Below are positions 38,687-50,248 of a DNA stretch of 64,000 nucleotides, piece by piece. The position numbers and the translations under genes are program-made. Source of the stretch: an uncultured Candidatus Rokubacteria bacterium (GTDB lineage Bacteria; Methylomirabilota; Methylomirabilia; Rokubacteriales; CSP1-6); NCBI GenBank assembly GCA_963747235.1, contig CAVVEU010000033.1, positions 160,001 through 224,000 on the forward strand, read 5' to 3'. The notes under the pieces were generated by a model, which did no database searches, had not been told where the DNA came from, and was given only the letters and a program-made list of their open reading frames with translations. Position 1 is the first letter of the stretch; each line of letters begins with the position of its first letter.

Positions 38687-41600
38687 TCAATCCAGGAACG
38701 GCAACACCACGAGCGCGTCGGGCTCGAGCCCGGCCCGCTCGCAGACCGCCTGTGCCTTCTGCAGGAACTCTTCCGCCTGCCCCTCGTCACCCAGATCCAG
38801 GTGGACGGTAGCGAGGCCATCGTAGCAGGGAAACAGCAGCTGCGGCTCGTCGGCCTCCTCGGCGAGCGCGAGCGCTTCCCGGTAGTGGGCGATCGCGCGA
38901 GTCGGATCGCCGTGACACTGGTAGATCTGCCCGAGCACGATCAGCGGCACCGCGAGGTGATCGAGCTGCCCGAGGCGCCGATCGAGGTCGATGGCGGCGT
39001 GCGCCGCGCCCACGCCCTGCTCGTCGCAGCGGTTGGTGAGCGCGCAGTAGGCCACCGCGAGATTCGTGTAGAGGCGCGACTGGAACCCCAGGTCGCCGAT
39101 CTTCTTGGCCATCTCGAGGCCGGCCGCACAGGTCTCGATCGCCCGCGCCGGATCGAGCGTGCTGTAGAGCACGCTCAGGTTCGCGAGCCCGCGACAGGCG
39201 GCCTGCAGCAGCCCGGTCTCCCGGGCGAGGGCCACGCTGCGCTCGATGTGCTCGACCGCGTCCTCCAGCCGGCCCAGACGGGCAAACGCGACGCCGATCG
39301 TGTTGTGACTCTGCGCGGCGGCGGTCAGCGCTTCCACGCGCCCGTCCGCGTCGAGCGCAGGGTCGGCGGCGAGCCGCTCGGCGTGGAGCCGTGCCTGCTC
39401 CGCCCACTCGAGGGCCCGCTGGCTGTCGCCGCTGCGGAAGGCCTGTCGGCCCATCTCCTGGTAGAGATGCGCCTGCTCGATGTGCTCGCGATGATCGCCG
39501 AGCAGGGCGAGCCCGGCCTCGAAGCATTGGAGCGCCCGCGCCCGCGCACCGGCGTCCCAGTGGAGGCCCCCCATCTTGCGAAGAATCCGCGCCTGGGCCG
39601 CCGCGTCCCCCGCCGCGCGATATCCGGCCTCGACGATCTCGTACTCGCCGAGCGCGGACGCCCGCCGGCCGGTCGGGCCGAGCAGGTCGGCCATCCGCTC
39701 CCGGGCCACGAGCCGCTCCGTCTCGATCTGCGTGGCCGCGGTCGACGCGTCGCAGCGCTCGAGCGCGTCGAGCGCCCGCTGATAGTGCAGGATCGCGTCC
39801 GCGTTGGCATACATGCCGCGCGCCCAGTCACCCGCCGACATCAGGTACCGCGCGCCCCGACGCTTGTCGGCGCCGAGAGCCCAGTGGTGGCCGAGGACCA
39901 CCAGTCGCTCGAGACTCTCCGGGTTGCCCACGCCCTGGGCCTCGAGGGCCGTCCCCACGCGCGTGTGCAGCTCGGTGCGACGGACCACGAGAATGTTCTG
40001 GTACACGATCTCCTGGAGGAGGCCGTGGAGGAACTGGTGATCCGGCCCCGGCGTCACCAGATCGGCGCCGGCGAGCGCGGCGAGCGCGGCGTCCACCGCG
40101 GCGGGCTCCGCCGAGGCCGCCTTCAGCAGCGACACCTCGAAGTGGGCTCCGATCACCGCCGCTTCCTGGATGACCCGTCGCTCCACGACGTCGAGCCGGT
40201 CCAGGCGCGCGAGCAGCAGCCCGTGCAGGGTGGCGGGCACCTGCGCGGTCGCGGCCTCCGCGGTGCAGCGCCACGCCAGGCCGTCGCGGACCAGCACCCC
40301 CGCCACGAGCAGCGCGCGCACCACCTCCTCGAGATACAGCGGGTTGCCGCCGGCCCGCTCCAGGATCTGGGCCCGCAGGTGCTCCGGGAAGAGGTGCGTC
40401 GAGTCCCCGAACCACGCGGCCAGGAGGTCCTCGCTGCCGGACCGCGACAGCGGCGTGACCTCGATCGCGGTGTGCGGAGTCCGGCTCGTGCCGAGCGCAT
40501 CCGGCTCGAGCGTGGGCCGATACATCAGGAGGACCAGGAGCGGGCGATCGGCGAGCCGGTCCGCGACCGCGCCGATCAGCTCGATGGAGGCGGCGTCGGC
40601 CCAGTGCAGGTCCTCGACGACCAGCACCAGCGGACCAGCGGCCAGCCGCCGCTCCACGAGCACGTAGGTGGCCATGAAGATCTGGCGCTTGAGCTGCTCG
40701 GGCTCCAGATGGCGGATGCGCGCGTCGTCCTGCTCGAGCCCGAACACCCGGGCGAGCGCGGCCACCATCGCGGCCCGCTCCTCCACGTCGACCCCGAGCG
40801 TCTCCAGGCCGGCCGCGAGCTTGCTCCGCGTGACCTCGACGGAATCGCCGTGCTCGACCCCGTAGGCGTCGCGCAGGAGCGCGGCCACCGCCCCGTAGGT
40901 CTGCTCGCCCAGCGCCGAGCACGCGGCGCGCCGGATCGTGCTGCCCTCGAGCCGCCCGGCCGCCTCGAGGCGCGCGAAGAACTCCCGCTGCAGCCGCGAC
41001 TTCCCCGCCCCCGGCTCGCCGATGAGGCTCAGCACCTGGGCGCGGCCGGCCCGCATGTCGTCGAAGGCCGCGTCCATCCGGCGCAGCTCGCGCTCGCGGC
41101 CCACGAGGGGCGCGGCCAGCCCGAGGCCCTCGAGCCCGCGGGCCGAGCGCGGGGCCGCGAGCGGGCCCAGCAGGCGATGGACCCCGACCGGCTCGCTCTT
41201 GCCCTTGAGCGGAATCTCCTCGCGCGGGGCGAACGCGAAGGCGTGATGGGTGAGCTGATACGTCGCGTCGCCGATCAGGATCTCGCCCGAGGGCGCCGCG
41301 CTCTGCAGGCGAGAGGCGGTGTTGACGGTGTCGCCGGTCACCGCGTAGGCGGCGTCGGCGGTCGCGCCGATCCGGCCCGCCACCACCGGGCCGGTGTTGA
41401 CGCCGATGTGCAGCGCGAGCGGCCGCCCGAGCCGCCGCTCCCAGCGGAGATTGAGCGCGCCCACCCGCTCGCGCATCAGGAGCGCGGCGCGCAGGCCGCG
41501 CTCGGGATCGTCCTCGTGCGCGAGCGGGGCGCCGAACACCGCCATGACCGCGTCGCCCACGAACTTCTCGACGAACCCCTCGTAGCGCTCGATCGACGCG

Positions 41601-41844
41601 GACATCTCGCGGAAGAGGTCGGCCTGGATCGCGCGCACGTCCTCGGCGTCGAGCCCCTCGCTGAGCGCGGTGAACCCGACCAGGTCCGCGAAGAGCACGG
41701 TGACCGGGCGGCGGTCGCTGTCGGGCGCGGCGGTCGGCGAGGGCGGCGGCGCGGCGGCGCCTGCGCGGCGGCCAGCCTGCCTCCGCACTTCGGACAGAAC
41801 GCGAAGTCGGCGGGCGCTTCGAAGCCGCAGCCGCTACACGTCAT
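38687..41844 (-). CDS. Zn-ribbon + class III adenylate/guanylate cyclase + AAA ATPase + TPR protein (frameshift near 41780)
   Basis: CSGC..FCPKCG, TVLFADLVGFT, GDAVMAVFG, GDTVNTASRL, GEPGAGKS and EDLHWAD motifs. Confidence 0.9.
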
Positions 41845-42327
41845 GTGGACGGGGCGACGTCGATCTCCTGGGGCATCGGGATGCCGCGGCGGGCCAGCTC
41901 GCCTTCCAGATCGAGCGCGCGCGTGCCCACCGGGCGGCCGCCGGGCACCGTCCAGAACACCTCGAACTCGAGGCCGTCGGGATCCTTGGCGTAGAGCGAC
42001 AGGCTCACGCCGTGATCCGAGGAGCCCACCAGCGAGCGCGCCTCGATGAGCCGCCGCCGCGCGCGCACCAGGTCGGGCAGCTCGCCGACTTCCCACGCCG
42101 AGTGGTACATGCGCACCGCGCCCTCGTCGGGGCCGGTGACACCGGGCTGCTCGAAGAGGCCCAGGTGGTGATCCTCCGTGCTGCCCGCGATGCGCAGGAA
42201 GGCCGCGTTCGGGTAGCGCGTCTTCACCTCGAAGCCCGAGGACGTCGCAGTAGAAGCGCACGCTGCGGTCCACGTCGGACACCCAGAGCACGAGGTGCTG
42301 CAGCCGCTTGAGCCCGATGCCGGTCAT
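41841..42327 (-). CDS. VOC family protein (frameshift near 42235)
   Basis: LQHLVL.V.D...S..FY, HHLGL, YHSAW and DPDGLEFE motifs. Confidence 0.85.
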
Positions 42328-42660
42328 GACCCCGGGTACTCCACGCTCACCGTGATGGCGGCGCACGCGATGATGGTGTCGGCGTTCGGCACGCGCAGGC
42401 CGCCCTGCGACCGGGCGCACCGTCACCTCGCCGTGGGGCAGCTCCTTCTTCACGCGCTCCACGTCCACCTTGCCGGGATCGGGCACGCCCACCGTGACGT
42501 CCACCAGCATGCGGCCGCCCTTGGCGCGCACCTCGGTGAAGAGCGGCAGGCTCGAGTGCCGGATCGCGTCCGATACCGCGCGGCACGCCGCCTTCGTCCC
42601 CTCGTCTCCGTGCACGTCCACGCCCATCCCGAACTCGAGCACCATCGCCTGTGCGGCCAC
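42324..42660 (-). CDS. Lin0512 family protein (frameshift near 42405)
   Basis: EFGMGVDVHG..TKAACRAVSDAI..SS and VGVP.P motifs; GAGGAGA RBS. Confidence 0.8.
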
Positions 42661-42681
42661 GTTGTTCTCCTCTCTTGTCTC

Positions 42682-43449
42682 TCAACCGATGAAGCTGCCG
42701 CCCATGACCCGGATCGTGTCGCCCGTGATGTACGCGGAGGCGTCGGACGCCAGGAACAGGCACGCCTCCGCGATCTCCTCCGGACGGCCCAGCCGGCCGA
42801 GCGGGATGCGCTTCAACTGCTCCGCCCCGCCCGGCGGCGCCTGGCGGAACTCAGGGTACCACTCGGCGTAGCGGCGCTCGGTGTCGATGGTGCCCGGCAC
42901 CACCATGTTGACGCGGATGCCCGACGGCCCCAGCTCCGCGGCCAGCGCCCGCACCAGGCCCAGCAGCCCGGTCTTGGCCGCGGTGACCGCGGCGGTGCCC
43001 GGCCGCCCGGTGAGGCTCGACTGCCCGCCGAGCGCGATGATGCTCCCCCGCCCGCGCTCCTTCATGCCCGGCACCACCGCGCGCGCCAGGTAGAAGGCGG
43101 AGTGGAGATTCACCGCGAACACGCGGTGCCAGTCCTCGAGCGAGGTCTCGGTGACCGACTTGTGGGGCCGGATCGCCGCGTTGCACACCAGCACGTCGAC
43201 GGCCCCGAACACCGCGAGACCGTTCTTGACCATGGCCTCGACCGCGTCGGGATCGCCGATGTCGCCCAGCACGGCCGCGGCGCGCACTCCGCGCTTGCGG
43301 CACTCCTCCGCCACCGCCTCCAGCTCGTCGCGGTTGGAGCGCGTGTTCAGGATGAGATCGGCGCCCTCGGCGGCGAAGGCGAGCGCGATCGCGCGCCCGA
43401 TATTGCGGCTGGCCCCGGTGACGAAGGCGGTCCGCCCCTCGAGCCTCAT
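42682..43449 (-). CDS. SDR oxidoreductase
   Basis: TGASRNIG and CNAA motifs; VTAAK replaces YxxxK. Confidence 0.88.
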   Translation of the reverse strand: MRLEGRTAFVTGASRNIGRAIALAFAAEGADLILNTRSNRDELEAVAEECRKRGVRAAAVLGDIGDPDAVEAMVKNGLAVFGAVDVLVCNAAIRPHKSVTETSLEDWHRVFAVNLHSAFYLARAVVPGMKERGRGSIIALGGQSSLTGRPGTAAVTAAKTGLLGLVRALAAELGPSGIRVNMVVPGTIDTERRYAEWYPEFRQAPPGGAEQLKRIPLGRLGRPEEIAEACLFLASDASAYITGDTIRVMGGSFIG

Positions 43450-43453
43450 GGCG

Positions 43454-44470
43454 TCACGCCGGCACGGCCAGCGCGGTGACGTGCGGCATGACCTCGGCGA
43501 CGAACAGGTCGACGTTGGCCGCCGCCTCCGCCTCGGTCATCTCGCCGAACATCAGCCGGCAGGTCATGTAGGTGCAGCCGCTCGCCGCCACCTGCCGCTC
43601 GAACTCCGCGCGGACCTGCGCCGGGGTGCCCGCGATGGCAATGCCGCGGCGCCGGGCCTCGTCGAAGTCGGGCGCGAAGCGGAACGGGATCGCGCCGAAG
43701 TCGCGCCAGAGCTTGGTGAGGTTGGCGTACCAGACCGCGTAGCTGGCGCGGCCGAGCGCCATGGCCGCGTCCTCGGTGGGGGCCACCACCACGTGGCGGC
43801 CCATGCCGAGCTTCGGGGTCGCGGCGTCGCCGTGCTTGCGCTGCCACACCTCGCGATAGCGCGCGAAGAGCGGCGCCGACACCTCGGCCCCCAGGTTGGT
43901 GATCACGTTGACGCGGTTGGTGGCCGCCCACTCCGCGCCGGCCGCGTGGCCGAGCCCGTACCAGAGCGGCGGGTGCGGCTTCTGGAGCGGCTTCAGGATC
44001 ATCGGGACCTTTCTGAAGGTGTACTTCGGCCCGCGGTGATCGAGCACGTCGCTCGTCAGCCCCTGCAGGACGATCTCGAGCGTCTCCCGGTAGATGTCCT
44101 CGGTCTCGAGGTGGTGCAGATCGAAGAAGGCCATCTCGTACGGGACGATGCCGCGGCCCACCCCGAAGTCGAACCGGCCCCGCGAGAGGTGATCGAGCAT
44201 GCAGACCTCCTCGATCAGGCGAAGCGGGTTGTAGAGCGGCAGGCAGTAGACGCAGGGCCCGAGGCGGATGCGCCGGGTGCGCTGGGTGGCCGCGGCCAGG
44301 AAGATGCCCGGCATGGGCGCCAGGCCGAGCGGCGTGGCGTGGTGCTCGGCCAGGTGGTAGGAGTAGAACCCCGCCGCGTCGTACTTCTCGAGCAGGCGCA
44401 GCCGGTGCTCGTAGAAGTCGGCCACCGGCATGTCGCGCCGGTCGAGATGATCGAAGATGCCCAGGTCCAT
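43454..44470 (-). CDS. LLM class flavin-dependent oxidoreductase
   Basis: YHLAEHH, GRFDFGVGRG and PLQKPHPPLW motifs. Confidence 0.9.
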   Translation of the reverse strand: MDLGIFDHLDRRDMPVADFYEHRLRLLEKYDAAGFYSYHLAEHHATPLGLAPMPGIFLAAATQRTRRIRLGPCVYCLPLYNPLRLIEEVCMLDHLSRGRFDFGVGRGIVPYEMAFFDLHHLETEDIYRETLEIVLQGLTSDVLDHRGPKYTFRKVPMILKPLQKPHPPLWYGLGHAAGAEWAATNRVNVITNLGAEVSAPLFARYREVWQRKHGDAATPKLGMGRHVVVAPTEDAAMALGRASYAVWYANLTKLWRDFGAIPFRFAPDFDEARRRGIAIAGTPAQVRAEFERQVAASGCTYMTCRLMFGEMTEAEAAANVDLFVAEVMPHVTALAVPA

Positions 44471-44592
44471 GTGCCCTCCCGGGGCCCGCAGGGGCCAGCT
44501 TCCGCCCGTCTGGTGGCGGGACCGGCAGGTAGGGTACCATGGGGCCGTTTCTCAGAAGGACCCCCGGGGTGGGGCGGAGAGGAGCCAGCGCG

Positions 44593-46310
44593 ATGGCTTA
44601 TGACCTGCTGATCAAGAACGGATGGGTGGTGGACGGATCCGGCCTGCCGCGGTACCGCGGAGACGTGGGCGTGAAGGCCGGGAAGATCGTCGCCATCGGT
44701 CGGCTCCGCGAAGGCGCCCGTGAGGTCATCGACGCGGAGGGCAGAGTCGTCGCGCCGGGGTTCGTGGACGGGCACACCCACATGGACGCCCAGATCTTCT
44801 GGGACCCGCTCGGGACGTCGTCCTGCTGGCACGGCATCACCAGCGTGGTCATGGGCAACTGCGGCTTCACCCTCGCGCCCTGCGCCAAGGAAGACCGGCA
44901 CCTGGTCATCCGCAACCTGGAGCGCGCGGAGGACATCGCGGGCGAGGCCATGGAAGCCGGCATCGACTGGCGCTGGACGACGTTCCCCGAGTTCCTCGAC
45001 ACGCTCGACTCGCTGCCCAAGGGCATCAACTACTCGGGCTACATCGGCCACTCCGCGCTGCGCACCTACGTGATGGGCGAGCGCGCGTTCGACGGGCCCG
45101 CGACCGAGGCCGACCTGGCCGCGATGGAGCGCGAGCTGCGCAACGCGCTGATGGCCGGCGCCATCGGCTTCACGACTTCCAGGTCACCCAGCCACGAGAC
45201 GCCCGATTGCCGACCCGGTGGCGAGCCGCATGGCCGCCTGGAGCGAGGTGCAGCGGCTCGTCGGCGCGATGGGCGAGCTGAACGCGGGCATCTTCGAGCT
45301 CGCGGGCGAGGGCGTGGACCGGAAGGTGGACCACCCGGACCTGCCCGACTACCACAAGCGGCTCAAGGCCCTGGCGGTCGAGACCGGCCGGCCGATCACC
45401 TTCGGCCTCTTCACCCGCAAGGACGCGCCCGACATGTGGCGCCACTACGTGAAGCTGATCGAGGAGACCAACGCCGCGGGCGGGCGCATGTTCGCCCAGG
45501 TGCACAGCCGGGCGCTCTCGCGTGGTGCTCTCGTTCAAGACCCAGCTCCCGTTCGACCGGCTGCCGGTGTGGAAGGAGCTGCGCGCGCTGCCGCTGGGCG
45601 AGCAGCAGACGCGCCTGCGCGACCCCGAGCTGCGCAGGAAGCTGGTCGCGGCCGCGCGCGAGCGCGACGACCGGAAGGCCATCGGCACCGAGGCCCGGCA
45701 GGCCGCCTACGACTGGCTCTTCGTGATGGACTCGGTGGATCCGCCGCACAAGTCGGTGGCCGAGATCGCGCGCGAGCGCGGCGTGGATCCGGTCGAGGCG
45801 ATGATCGACCTCGCGCTGGAGAAGGACATGGATCGCTTCTTCTTCCAGCCGATCGCCAACGAGAACCAGGAGCTGGCGCTGGAGCTGATCAAGCACCCGC
45901 AGGCGGTGGTCACCTTCTCCGACTCGGGCGCGCACGTCTCCCAGCTCATGGACTCGTCGCTCCAGACCTACCTGCTCAGCCACTGGGTGCGCACCAAGCA
46001 GGCGCTCACGCTCGAGCAGGCGGTGCGCATGCTGTCGTTCGTGCCCGCGAGCTACTGGGGCTTCACGGATCGCGGCCTGATCCGCGAGGGCATGGCCGCC
46101 GACTTCGTGGTCTTCGATCCCGACACCATCGCGGCCGAGCTGCCCGAGGTGGTGCGGGACCTGCCCGCGGGGGCCAAGCGGCTGATCCAGCGCACCCGCG
46201 GCATCGCGGCCACCGTGGTCAACGGCGAGATCCTGCTGCGCGACGGCAAGCACACCGGCGCGCATCCCGGACGGCTCCTGCGCGGCCCGCTCGCGCGGGC
46301 GACCGCGTAG
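44593..46310 (+). CDS. N-acyl-D-amino-acid deacylase family amidohydrolase (frameshifts near 45210 and 45520)
   Basis: PGFVDGHTHMD, GNCG, SDSGAH and RGLIREGMAAD motifs. Confidence 0.88.
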
Positions 46311-46323
46311 CCGGAGGCCGCAC

Positions 46324-47320
46324 ATGGCCAAGCTGCTCGAAGGCAGGGCCGCGCTCGTGACGGGCGCGGGCCGCGGCATCGGCCGCGGCATCGCGATCGC
46401 GCTGGCCAAGGCCGGCGCCAAGGTGGTGGTGAACGACCTCGGCGCGGGCCTGGACGGCGAAGGGGTGGCCACCGGGCCGGCGGCCCAGGTGGTGGACGAG
46501 ATCGTCAAGGCGGGCGGCACCGCGTCGGCCAACTACGGCTCGGTGGCCGACCACAAGGCGGCCAACGACATGGTGGACCAGGTCGTGAAGACCTACGGCC
46601 GCATCGACATCCTGGTCAACGTGGCCGGCATCCTGCGCGACCGCATGATCTTCAACATGGCCAAGGAGGAGTGGGACGCGGTCCTCGCGGTGCATCTGGA
46701 CGGCACCTACTTCTGCACCCGGGCCGCCGCCCCCCACATGCGCGAGCAGAAGTACGGGCGCATCATCAGCATGTCGTCGGTCTCGGCGCTCGGGCTCGCC
46801 CGGGCAGCCCAACTACGGCGCGGCCAAGGCCGGCATCATCGGGCTCTCCTGGTCCACCGCCAACGGCATGGCCAAATACAACGTCACGTCGAACGCGATC
46901 ATGCCGAGCGGGGCGACCCGGATGATCGATTCCACCCCTCGTGGCCGGCAGGTCTTCGAGCAGACCGGCAAGTGGCCGAGCGAGCAGGCGATCGGCACCG
47001 AGCGCGATCCGGACAACGTGGCGCCGCTCGTGGTCTACCTGGCCAGCGAGGGCGCGGCCCACGTCAACGGGCAGGTGTTCCACTCCTTCGGCTACGGCTA
47101 CACCCTGATGGCGCTGCCCGAGCCCATCCGCCGCATCGAGGCGGACCGCAGACTCGAGCCCGAGGAGCTGGGCAAGCTCTTCCCGGACACGCTCGGCAAG
47201 GGGCTGCACGAGCCGCCGGGCACCAACTTCGGCAAGAGCCTCAACGAGCGGCCGAAGGAGGAGTGGAAGGATCTCGGCAAGGGCGTGCGGTACTGGCAGG
47301 CTCCCTGGGAGGCGCGTTGA
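46324..47320 (+). CDS. SDR (MFE-2-like hydroxyacyl-CoA dehydrogenase type; frameshift near 46795)
   Basis: TGAGRGIG, VVVNDLG, AGILRD, then GQPNYGAAK in the shifted frame. Confidence 0.88.
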
Positions 47321-47814
47321 CCAACGTCCTGCTGGTCTGTCACGCCAATACCTGCCGCAGCGTGATGGCCCACGTCCTCCTGGAGAAGATGCTGGTCGAG
47401 CGGCGCCGGGACGGCACGGTGCGCGTGCGCTCGGGCGGCGTCGCCAACCACGCCCGCGACGGGATGATCCCCTCGCTCGACGCGCGCATCGTGCTGCGCG
47501 AGGACGACATCCACCTGGCCGAGGACGCCTTCGCGTCGACGGACCTCCGACGGCACCGGGAGATCGTGGCGGAGGCGCACCTGATCGTGACCATGACCGC
47601 GCAGCAGAAGGCCATGATCGGCGCCTACGAGGAAGCCCAGGGCCGGCCCATCCTGACCCTGCACGAGCTGGCCGGCGAGGGCGGCGACGTGGACGACCCG
47701 TTCGGCCAGGGCGAGGATCGCTACCGCGCGACGAAGGACGAGATCAAGCGGTGCCTCGAGCTGGGCGTGGACCGGATGCTGACGCTGCTGCAGGACCGGA
47801 AGGAGATCAGCGCA
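47317..47814 (+). CDS. Low-molecular-weight PTP / ArsC-fold protein; no stop codon before the UGSC gene
   Basis: P-loop VCHANTCRS and DDPF; TTG start overlaps the SDR stop (TTGA). Confidence 0.85.
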
Positions 47815-48342
47815 ATGAGCGACGAGCAGGTCCTCTACGATCCCACCGCCGAGCCGCGCATCCTGGCATCGGGCCTGGCCCCGCGCCTGGAAAGCCTCGA
47901 GGGCAAGCGCGCGGGCATCCTCGACAACAGCAAGGCCAACGCGGGCACTCTGATGCTGGCGGTGGTCGCGCGCCTCAAGGAGAAGTACGGCGTCCGTGAC
48001 GTCGTCAAGCGCGAGAAGGGCATCGCGGGTGCGCCGTCGCCCGATATCCTGGCCGCGCTCACGACGTGCGACTTCGTCCTGGTCGGCAGCGCCGACTGAG
48101 GGTCGTGCACGTCGTGGAGTATCCACGGCGCCATCGTGCTGGAGCAGCGGGGGATCCCCACCGTGGTCATGGGGACGTATGAGTTCGAGCAGCTCGCCAG
48201 GCTCGAGGCCAAGAACCGCGGGCTCGCCGACCTGCCCCTGGCCCTGATCCCCCACCCGCTGGGCGGCATCCGCGAGGACGAGGTCCTGAAGAAGGCGGAG
48301 CTGGCGGTCGAGATCGTCCGCAAGGCCGTCACCCGCGCATGA
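47815..48342 (+). CDS. UGSC-family selenoprotein (Sec at TGA 48097-48099)
   Basis: LDNSKAN...GSAD-TGA-GSCTSWS..GIPTV...IPHP in one frame; AAGGAGA RBS; downstream hairpin. Confidence 0.88.
48110..48130 (+). promoter_or_regulatory. Putative bacterial SECIS hairpin
   Basis: CGUCGUGGA-GUA-UCCACGGCG; 9-bp stem, G-first loop starting 20 nt after the UGA. Confidence 0.7.
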
Positions 48343-49432
48343 GCACGCTCGGGCCCGGCGGCCAGGACGCTTCCGCCTCAGGGGCGGCTACTCCGCGATC
48401 AACCGGCACTACCAGGACCAGGGCTGGACGGACGGGCTGCCGATCGTGCCGCCCACCGAGGACGACCTGCGCGAGTTCCTGCGCTTCACCGACCGGGCCC
48501 CGCGCGACGCTGGTGGCGGTGCTGCCGCCGCGCCAGGGCGAGGCCACGTGGAGCGCATCGCGATCAACGCGATCATGGCGGGCTGCCGGCCGGAGTACCT
48601 GCCGGTCATCCTCACCGCGGTCGAGGCGCTGGCCGACCCCCTGTTCAACCTCGACTCGATCCAGGCCACCACGCACCCGGTGGCGCCGCTGATCATCGTC
48701 AACGGGCCGATCGCGAAGGAGATCGGCATCAACGCGGGCTACAACGCCTTCGGCCAGGGCTTCCGCGCCAACGTCACGATCGGACGCGCGATCCGGCTCC
48801 TGCTGATGAACGTGGGCGGCGGGCTGCCCGGCACCGGCGACCGCGCCACCCAGGGCAGCCCGGCCAAGATCGCCTACTGCGTGGCCGAGAACGAGGAGGC
48901 GAACCCGTGGGAGCCGCTGCACGTCGAGCACGGCTTCCCGGCCGACGCGAGCGTGGTCACCGCGATCGCGTGCGAGGGCCCGCACAATATCCAGGACCAC
49001 TTCAGCTACACGGGCCTCGGCATCCTGAAGGTGGTCGCGGGCGCCATGGGCCAGGCGGGCAGCAACAACATCCTGGCCGGCGGCCATCCCCTGCTCTCGC
49101 TGGGCCCCGAGCACGCCGCCACCATCGCGCGCGACGGCTACACCAAGCGGCAGGTGAAGGAGTTCCTCTTCGAGCACGCGCGCTTCCCGCTGGCCCGGCT
49201 GGGCGACGAGTACCGCGCGCACCTGATCCAGCGCGGGGCCAAGGACGCGCCCGACACCATGATCCCCGCGGTGCGCTCCGCCGACGACGTGACCGTGATC
49301 GTGACCGGCGGCGCGGGCAAGCACTCCTGCTGGCAGCCCACGTTCGGCGACCAGACCTGGCCAGCGCGGCGCGCCATCGCTCGGGCGGACGGCACCCCGC
49401 TGAAGTCGGTCGCCGAGCTGGTCCGCCGCTAG
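48339..49432 (+). CDS. Conserved UGSC-associated hypothetical protein (frameshifts near 48380 and 48510-48550)
   Basis: GWTDGLPIVPPT, IAINAIMAGC.PEY, ANVTIGRA, QGSP and AENEE.NPW motifs; ATGA-coupled to the UGSC gene. Confidence 0.8.
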
Positions 49433-49449
49433 CCCGCTCCCGGTCGTCC

Positions 49450-50166
49450 ATGCGGGTGCTGGTGGCGGGCGCGAGCGGCATCATCGGACAGCGGCTCGTG
49501 AGGCTCCTCGCGGCCGCCGGCCATGTGGTGACGGGCACGACTCGCTCGCCCGAGCGGGCCGCGGCCATCCGCGCGGCCGGCGCGACCCCAATCATGGTGA
49601 ACGCCTTCGACGCGCAGCAGCTCGGCGATGCCCTCGACGCCGCCCGGCCTGTGGTCGTCGTCCACCAGCTCACCGACCTGCCGGATCGCCTCGATCCCAC
49701 CAGCGTCGCCGACACGCTCGCGCGCAACGCGCGGGTTCGTACGGAAGGCACCCGCAATCTCGTCGCCGCCGCGGTGCGCGCGGGGACCCGCCGCCTGGTC
49801 GCCCAGTCCATCGCCTGGGCCTACGCGCCCGGGCCGGAGCCGCATCGGGAAGACGACGCCCTCGACACGGACGCCGAGGGGATCCGTCGCGTGACGATCC
49901 AGGGCGTGGTCGAGCTCGAGCGCCTTGTGACGTCGGTTCCCCGGCTCGAAGGAGTCGTGCTGCGCTACGGGCAGCTCTACGGGCCCGGCACCTGGAACAC
50001 CGCCCCGGCCGGGAATGCCCCGGTGCACGTGAACGCCGCCGCCCGCGCCGCCGCGCTGGCCGTCGCCCGCGGCGAGCCGGGCGCCTACAACATCGTCGAG
50101 GACGGCGGCGCCGCGTCCAACGCGAAGGCGCGCGCACGGCTCGGCTGGGAGCCTGGGCTCAGGTAA
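49450..50166 (+). CDS. NAD-dependent epimerase/dehydratase family protein
   Basis: VAGASGIIG, HQLTDL, AQSIAW and LRYG.LYG motifs. Confidence 0.88.
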   Translation: MRVLVAGASGIIGQRLVRLLAAAGHVVTGTTRSPERAAAIRAAGATPIMVNAFDAQQLGDALDAARPVVVVHQLTDLPDRLDPTSVADTLARNARVRTEGTRNLVAAAVRAGTRRLVAQSIAWAYAPGPEPHREDDALDTDAEGIRRVTIQGVVELERLVTSVPRLEGVVLRYGQLYGPGTWNTAPAGNAPVHVNAAARAAALAVARGEPGAYNIVEDGGAASNAKARARLGWEPGLR

Positions 50167-50248
50167 CTCCGGCGCCCGTCCAAAGGCAAGCGACTCGGTG
50201 CTACCATGGGTGGCCGTAGGCCCAACTAAAGGCCAAGGAGCGCAGAGC

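Noticed and set aside
46324-47320. 591-aa SDR-PTP-UGSC ORF
   Set aside because: The SDR shifts frame near 46795 and ends at 47320; the joining segment is off-frame text.
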